From IMG/VR virus record IMGVR_UViG_3300027857_000012, positions 32,001 to 96,000 of that record: DNA of 64,000 bases; one strand, 5' to 3'. The translations under genes were made by a program, and so were the position numbers. Under the pieces are notes generated by a model. That model ran no database searches. It saw only the letters and a program-made list of their open reading frames with translations, and had not been told where the DNA came from. Below are positions 58,822-64,000 of this stretch, one piece after another. The DNA comes from a virus. Each line of letters begins with the position of its first letter. Position 1 is the stretch's first letter.

Positions 58822-59346
58822 ATGTGTTACGTACATGAACCGTTAAGTGAAAGGATAGTGATCGATCGTGATCACGACACATTTTCCAGCAGGGTTCCCG
58901 CCAACAACAGGCGAATTATTTTACTTTCTCCTTGGTATTCTTTTAGTTGGGATTACGTTTGCACTTTTCAAATGGGCAGACAGAAAATTCGCGTATTTTA
59001 TCATCGCATTTTCGATCGTGTTGCTCCTGTTGGTGCACGCATAGTCTTGGCGATTCGGAAAATATATCGCCAAGGGCATGTGTCGATTGATGTTGACACA
59101 GCACCGACAGAAAAGATTCAACTCGGTGTCGGTGCACCTCGTGAATTTTCTGTTGTTCTTGGTCGAATGCATGAACGATTGCATGAGTTAACCGAATTCA
59201 GTGATCATTTGATTGTCGATGGATTTCGATTGGCATCAAAAGGTCGCCGTATACAGTGGCAAGACGGAAAAATGTATGAAATTGTTGATGTCTTTCAAGA
59301 TCCGAAAGATCCGATGTTGATTGTTGGAACATTGCAGCAGAGGTGA
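58822..59346 (+). CDS. hypothetical protein
   Basis: gaggt RBS. Confidence 0.55.
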   Translation: MCYVHEPLSERIVIDRDHDTFSSRVPANNRRIILLSPWYSFSWDYVCTFQMGRQKIRVFYHRIFDRVAPVGARIVLAIRKIYRQGHVSIDVDTAPTEKIQLGVGAPREFSVVLGRMHERLHELTEFSDHLIVDGFRLASKGRRIQWQDGKMYEIVDVFQDPKDPMLIVGTLQQR

Positions 59347-59555
59347 TGTATGCATGCGTGTTTCTTTTGTGTGAATAGAACATGGAATCGATGCTCATGT
59401 GGCACATATTGTTGTCCTGAGCATCTTGCACCACATGTATGCCCAAAATGCACTCATATTGCAAACATACAACTTCGTTCTCGAATAGAACACCGTCTTG
59501 TTCCTTGGCAATATGTTGAAGGAGAAGAACGGTTTACTCAGAAAGTGATACAAGA

Positions 59556-60173
59556 ATGATTGAACCGAATGGTGAATACCTTTCTCAGACAGATGAGGAT
59601 ATATTCCAAGTTGTTCGAGGCGGATTGCAACTCGCAGAACAAATTCTTTTGATGGCGAAAGGAAAAAGCACGAAGTCAACACGAATTGCGCTCAATTATA
59701 TTGGGAAGTATGGTGACTGGACACCACTTCTGTTGCATCCATGGTATCGACGATACCTCATGCTCCGGAACTATGGGGCAGATGAGGTTGAAGCAATGAA
59801 TCAAGAGCAATATCCTCATGCAAAATTCTATCCAGGCGAGACGATTTTGTATCACCGAACATTGGTGGTAACAATCGATGAGCCGTTACCACCACCATCA
59901 GTGACTGGAACACATTGGCAATATTACTCTGTGTTTGGTGATCGAGGTGAGCGTGTCGAAGTGCCAGAAGATGCATTGACTCGATTGCATTCCGGTATTC
60001 TAACACACGCTGGTGCTATACGTATAGGGCGACCAGAACACGGTGGAGCAGTAATCGAATATGTAGAAGATGTTGGAGAAGCCTTGTTCGTCTACAAAGA
60101 CAACGAGAAATTGGGTGAACATGTGCCATTCGGGGCAGAGGGAGTATTGCAAGATGCATCAACAGATGCTTGA
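59556..60173 (+). CDS. hypothetical protein
   Basis: ATGA coupling; 205 aa. Confidence 0.55.
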   Translation: MIEPNGEYLSQTDEDIFQVVRGGLQLAEQILLMAKGKSTKSTRIALNYIGKYGDWTPLLLHPWYRRYLMLRNYGADEVEAMNQEQYPHAKFYPGETILYHRTLVVTIDEPLPPPSVTGTHWQYYSVFGDRGERVEVPEDALTRLHSGILTHAGAIRIGRPEHGGAVIEYVEDVGEALFVYKDNEKLGEHVPFGAEGVLQDASTDA

Positions 60174-60414
60174 ACATGTCGTTATAGTGGCCATGCTTGT
60201 TTCAGCATGTAGCATTTATATTGGATGGATATGGTTTGCACTTGCATTTTTCCGTGTCGTTCGTCGCTGGTCTCGATTTCGCTACGTCACGTTCACTGAG
60301 CATCTGACATATGTCTGGTATGCGTGGCGTCTCCAGTATGCATTTGTTTGTTTTCTTGTCGGATTAATCTGTGTCGTACTCGGACAAACTATATTACGTA
60401 TGGTAACACAATGA
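60166..60414 (+). CDS. small membrane protein
   Basis: Two TM segments. Confidence 0.5.
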   Translation: MLEHVVIVAMLVSACSIYIGWIWFALAFFRVVRRWSRFRYVTFTEHLTYVWYAWRLQYAFVCFLVGLICVVLGQTILRMVTQ

Positions 60415-60647
60415 ATCGTCCGAAACCAAGTGAACTTGCTCCAGACGATTCGCCAATCCCAGCAATACTTCAAGAAGTGAATCGTCTGCAATATGAAATT
60501 TATCATCGTCTCCGTACTGGTGAACGTCGATCATCGACGAGTATTATTCTACTTGATGATGCACAAAAACAACTATTAAAAACGCTCTATCATGATATGC
60601 ATGTTCTTCCAGTGATCAACAAATATGGGTATTATGAATTATATTGA
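60411..60647 (+). CDS. hypothetical protein
   Basis: ATGA coupling. Confidence 0.5.
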   Translation: MNRPKPSELAPDDSPIPAILQEVNRLQYEIYHRLRTGERRSSTSIILLDDAQKQLLKTLYHDMHVLPVINKYGYYELY

Positions 60648-61003
60648 TGTATGAACGAGATATCAAAATGAATGAACGAGATATGATCCTCGAATGGAAA
60701 GCACAACTCACAATCGGACATGTCTGTGATCTTATCGAACAAGTATATAAGTACAGACTCCACCGAGGATCAATACATATCCTCGCCGTATCACCACCAA
60801 AGTTTCTGATCGCAGCAAGTCGCCTTGATGCTACTGGTGTTCGCCAACATCTTCTTCTGTTGCTCGACTGTCTGACGATCATTGAACTCTCACCACTCGA
60901 GGAAGAAAGGTTGATCGAGTGGGGAATGAAACAAGTGCAACGTCAAGTGCTCGCTGAACAGGTACTTGTTGGTGATGAAGAAGAAACGGGAAAGGGTACA
61001 TAA
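60644..61003 (+). CDS. hypothetical protein
   Basis: Overlapping operon arrangement. Confidence 0.5.
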   Translation: MMYERDIKMNERDMILEWKAQLTIGHVCDLIEQVYKYRLHRGSIHILAVSPPKFLIAASRLDATGVRQHLLLLLDCLTIIELSPLEEERLIEWGMKQVQRQVLAEQVLVGDEEETGKGT

Positions 61004-61240
61004 ATGATACACATATTCAATTTGTCATTGCTTTTGCTTGGATCTGTGTCACTCACTGTTGGTGTTGCAGGACTTGTTGCGGCAAGTGTCAAATATCGAC
61101 CAACACGAGCTGAGCTACAGAATGCGAAAGCATTTGAAACATGGTGGAAACAATTGTGGCTCCAACGACCGATGAATCATGCACTTGCTGTGATGCTAAT
61201 CGGAGCCATTTTGAATCTTTTAGCACTGATGACTCGATAA
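61004..61240 (+). CDS. small membrane protein
   Basis: Two TM segments. Confidence 0.55.
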   Translation: MIHIFNLSLLLLGSVSLTVGVAGLVAASVKYRPTRAELQNAKAFETWWKQLWLQRPMNHALAVMLIGAILNLLALMTR

Positions 61241-61251
61241 AGGAATAGTCA

Positions 61252-61479
61252 ATGTCACAAGATTACTTGCAAACGAAATTCTCTTGCATTCTGACACTCC
61301 TCCATGAATGGACAACAAGCATAGGTGAAATTCGAATTTACAGGTCAGAATCGTGTTCGATTCACCTCGTTGTTGCAACATCCAAATCACATGTCATCAA
61401 AAAGTGCGATAATGAAGAGACAGCAGTAGATGATGCACGTCTCCTGATAGGTGTCGCGGACATTCAACCGACGGACTAA
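61252..61479 (+). CDS. hypothetical protein
   Basis: aagga RBS. Confidence 0.5.
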   Translation: MSQDYLQTKFSCILTLLHEWTTSIGEIRIYRSESCSIHLVVATSKSHVIKKCDNEETAVDDARLLIGVADIQPTD

Positions 61480-61593
61480 AGGTGGATGTGTATTGTTGAG
61501 GTGCACGAGACTAATGTCCATTAGTATACTTGCATTTGTGCATAAAGAAGAACAAAAATTATGAAAATATTGAAAATGATAGGATAAATTGTC

Positions 61594-61962
61594 ATGGCAG
61601 CACCTGAACAACTGTTGTTTGATATACACTTGCTTGATACATTTCTTGATGCGTTTCGACTTCATTTAATTCGAATGGCAGATTTATGGTGGAAAACACA
61701 CCAATCAGAGTGGCCAAAAACACCAGAGAATCTTTGTTATCCAGATGGATTAGCGGCATTTATGCGATTTACATTGTCGCAGTGGATGATGGCGCATCAG
61801 AAAGACATTATTGCACTGCTTGAGTCAAAAAATATTCCTGTTTCAATTGATGTGAAAATGGAACATCTGCAGCACGAAATTCTTGATAACATTAAGATGC
61901 TTGTGCAAGATGGCTATATCTCAACACCCGATTGGGGAAGAAAGGATACACATGAACACTGA
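61594..61962 (+). CDS. hypothetical protein
   Basis: agga RBS. Confidence 0.55.
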   Translation: MAAPEQLLFDIHLLDTFLDAFRLHLIRMADLWWKTHQSEWPKTPENLCYPDGLAAFMRFTLSQWMMAHQKDIIALLESKNIPVSIDVKMEHLQHEILDNIKMLVQDGYISTPDWGRKDTHEH

Positions 61963-62182
61963 AGGTCTTGCGCTCATTCGATGTGCTTTGAGTGAGAGTG
62001 ACCCTGCACATGCAATTAATTGTTGGTCAATGGTCAAATACCGAGAGGTCAATGCGTCTGGGCAACACCCAATTGCATTTGAGCATATTACATTTGCAGA
62101 AGCACTTTCACTTGTGACAGGGACACCAGCAGCAGACATTGAAGCAGAACTTGCAACGCTGACACAACAAGCATCAGAATAA
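61952..62182 (+). CDS. hypothetical protein
   Basis: gaaagga RBS. Confidence 0.55.
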   Translation: MNTEGLALIRCALSESDPAHAINCWSMVKYREVNASGQHPIAFEHITFAEALSLVTGTPAADIEAELATLTQQASE

Positions 62183-62264
62183 GAGAACGTGCAAAAGAAT
62201 CAAACATCATCACAAAAATGACTCGATGAAAAACTCAAAATAGCATTTTTATGTTGGAAAAGTA

Positions 62265-62293
62265 TATACTTTTCCACATTTTTGTGATATAAT
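62265..62293 (+). promoter_or_regulatory. promoter (phage consensus)
   Basis: TATACT-17-TATAAT with TG; overlapped by an inverted repeat. Confidence 0.7.
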
Positions 62294-62347
62294 TAAATTA
62301 GGTCAATCAATTGGATGGTTGATCATAGCAGAAAGGATTGTTTTTGA

Positions 62348-62581
62348 ATGACAGGTAATGAAATTGTAGATCAAGATGCCGCAGATGCATTGCTTCGAAA
62401 GTATAAGAAGACATTGTCAGATGCAGCACGAGACTTTTGGATGGTGCATCGAGATGAGTATGATGCAATTCAGACATCTGAGTTTCCTCTTGAAAAGGAT
62501 ACGGAAATGACGCATCAATTTTTGGATGCTGTTGATGATGTTACAGATGTTCTTGCACGGTCCTGGACGTTGACGTCGTAA
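62348..62581 (+). CDS. hypothetical acidic protein
   Basis: gaaagga RBS after the promoter. Confidence 0.6.
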   Translation: MTGNEIVDQDAADALLRKYKKTLSDAARDFWMVHRDEYDAIQTSEFPLEKDTEMTHQFLDAVDDVTDVLARSWTLTS

Positions 62582-62676
62582 TCCTTCAACTCCGTTTCTT
62601 CTGGATGGAGAGACGGCATAAAGAAAAACACGCTGCCAAGAATGCACACAATGTTTGATCAGATTAAGGAACAATT

Positions 62677-63012
62677 ATGGTACAAAAACAATTAAATCGA
62701 TGTAGCAATGATGAAATTCTTTGGATGGGACATGTATGGTATTATTTGCGAGTTACATTTTGTGTCAAGTGGCAATTAGCACATCCTAATGAAGAACAAG
62801 ATTCGGATGAAGACGCACTCAAGTGGAAAATAGAAGATGAAGAATTTTCTCCATTTCAAGCGAGCATTTATCGTGCTGGTTTCGAGTGTGCAAAACGAAC
62901 ATTTGAACGATACGGATTCCGAATCCTCCATAACGAATTATTTCCTACTCGGCCTCTTCTTCGACTTGCATTATTAGCTCGATGTCCAAAAGATGATGAA
63001 ATTGGAGAATAA
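62677..63012 (+). CDS. hypothetical protein
   Basis: aagga RBS. Confidence 0.55.
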   Translation: MVQKQLNRCSNDEILWMGHVWYYLRVTFCVKWQLAHPNEEQDSDEDALKWKIEDEEFSPFQASIYRAGFECAKRTFERYGFRILHNELFPTRPLLRLALLARCPKDDEIGE

Positions 63013-63013
63013 T

Positions 63014-63544
63014 ATGGAACAATCACGATTCGTTCTTGATACGACGGGTCATAACCGTCAAAGACGAAGCTATGAAACATATGACACAGTCCTTCAATTG
63101 TACCAAGAAAGAGAAATATGGAGACAGCCGAATGTTGTCACACTCCTTGGGAGTGCGGCATTCGACCGTGAATATCGATTCTTTTCAGAATTGTTTACGT
63201 TGGCTGGGTGTCTTGTCTATTCCAGTGGAGCGCAGCAGAATGATATATCTGAAGTGATGCAAATGCGCTTGACGCTATTGTCATTCTCAAGAATCGCACA
63301 CAGTGATATTATTCTTGTGATTAATGGTGTTCGGCATCATATGTACGATTACTTGGGGCCAAGCACACGAAACGGCATTGCGTTTGCGCGGTCACTTGGT
63401 AAGTCGATCACATTTGCTTATCCACATGCATGTCGAAAACTCTGCCAATGTAATGGATACTTTGATGTGTTTGACCCACTGTTGTATGCAGATGAGATTG
63501 CATATATACACGATTCGATTTATGCTGAAACAGAACATGAATAA
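63014..63544 (+). CDS. nucleoside deoxyribosyltransferase-like Rossmann protein
   Basis: VVTLLGS..F, RIAHSDIILVIN, YLGPSTR.GI.FA..LGK. Confidence 0.55.
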   Translation: MEQSRFVLDTTGHNRQRRSYETYDTVLQLYQEREIWRQPNVVTLLGSAAFDREYRFFSELFTLAGCLVYSSGAQQNDISEVMQMRLTLLSFSRIAHSDIILVINGVRHHMYDYLGPSTRNGIAFARSLGKSITFAYPHACRKLCQCNGYFDVFDPLLYADEIAYIHDSIYAETEHE

Positions 63545-64000
63545 GAAAAACACGAAATCATGGTGGATGGTCTTGCTCAGAGATGATTAGCGAAGAATTG
63601 TTGCTTCTTGCAGAATTTTCGCCTCGACTCGAAAAGAAGCAAAAGAAAAAGCTGCTTTTCGATGGAATATCGAGTCGATTGAGAACTTTACAGCAACAAC
63701 AGATCGTGAACGTTTTTGTAATACTTCAATGTATGGTGAGGCAGAACAAAACAATTTCTGAGATTGGTATGAACAATACGTATCACATGTCAAGATTGAA
63801 TGGTGTATCATTCAGAGTTCGAATGTTCACGACACGATTGCTCTTGAAATTCGAGCGTGGCATCATTACTGAATTTGAAGACTATGAAGATCGGTTTACG
63901 CTTGAAGAATTGGAGTACATTACGTCTCGAATTGACCAAAGTCTTTGGCATACACCAAACGAACGGTTTTGTAAGTATTGTCATCATTGGCATGCAGATG

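Overview
This window is part of a tailed dsDNA phage genome, probably a siphovirus, and almost all genes lie on the + strand. 1-25.5 kb is the virion module: the end of a probable major capsid gene, head/neck fibre paralogues, connector, tail tube, a tail chaperone with a clear -1 frameshift, tape measure, and a tail-tip/hub gene that appears split in two. 25.5-26.3 kb is an AT-rich noncoding region that may be the origin. 26.3-40.3 kb covers replication and recombination (primase, SSB, DnaE-type polymerase, RecA-like, Cas4-like exonuclease, RuvC). It also holds a probable cytosine-hypermodification operon: NTP pyrophosphatase, dNMP kinase, sugar nucleotidyltransferase, UDG-fold protein, glycosyltransferase and a thymidylate-synthase homologue with the dCMP-specifying Asp. 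40.5-48.4 kb is a dense ~8 kb RNA array. It has about 20 tRNAs (several atypical), at least 7 tRNA-scaffolded RNAs whose anticodon arm is replaced by a different structured domain in each, a circularly permuted (Y-RNA-like) tRNA mimic, several large pseudoknotted ncRNA candidates and a NUMOD3/Vsr-like homing endonuclease. 48.4-64 kb holds small early-type genes, an AAA+/vWA module and a dCMP deaminase. Ten copies of a conserved extended -10 promoter occur across 26-62 kb. All calls were made by eye; no database search or folding program was run.
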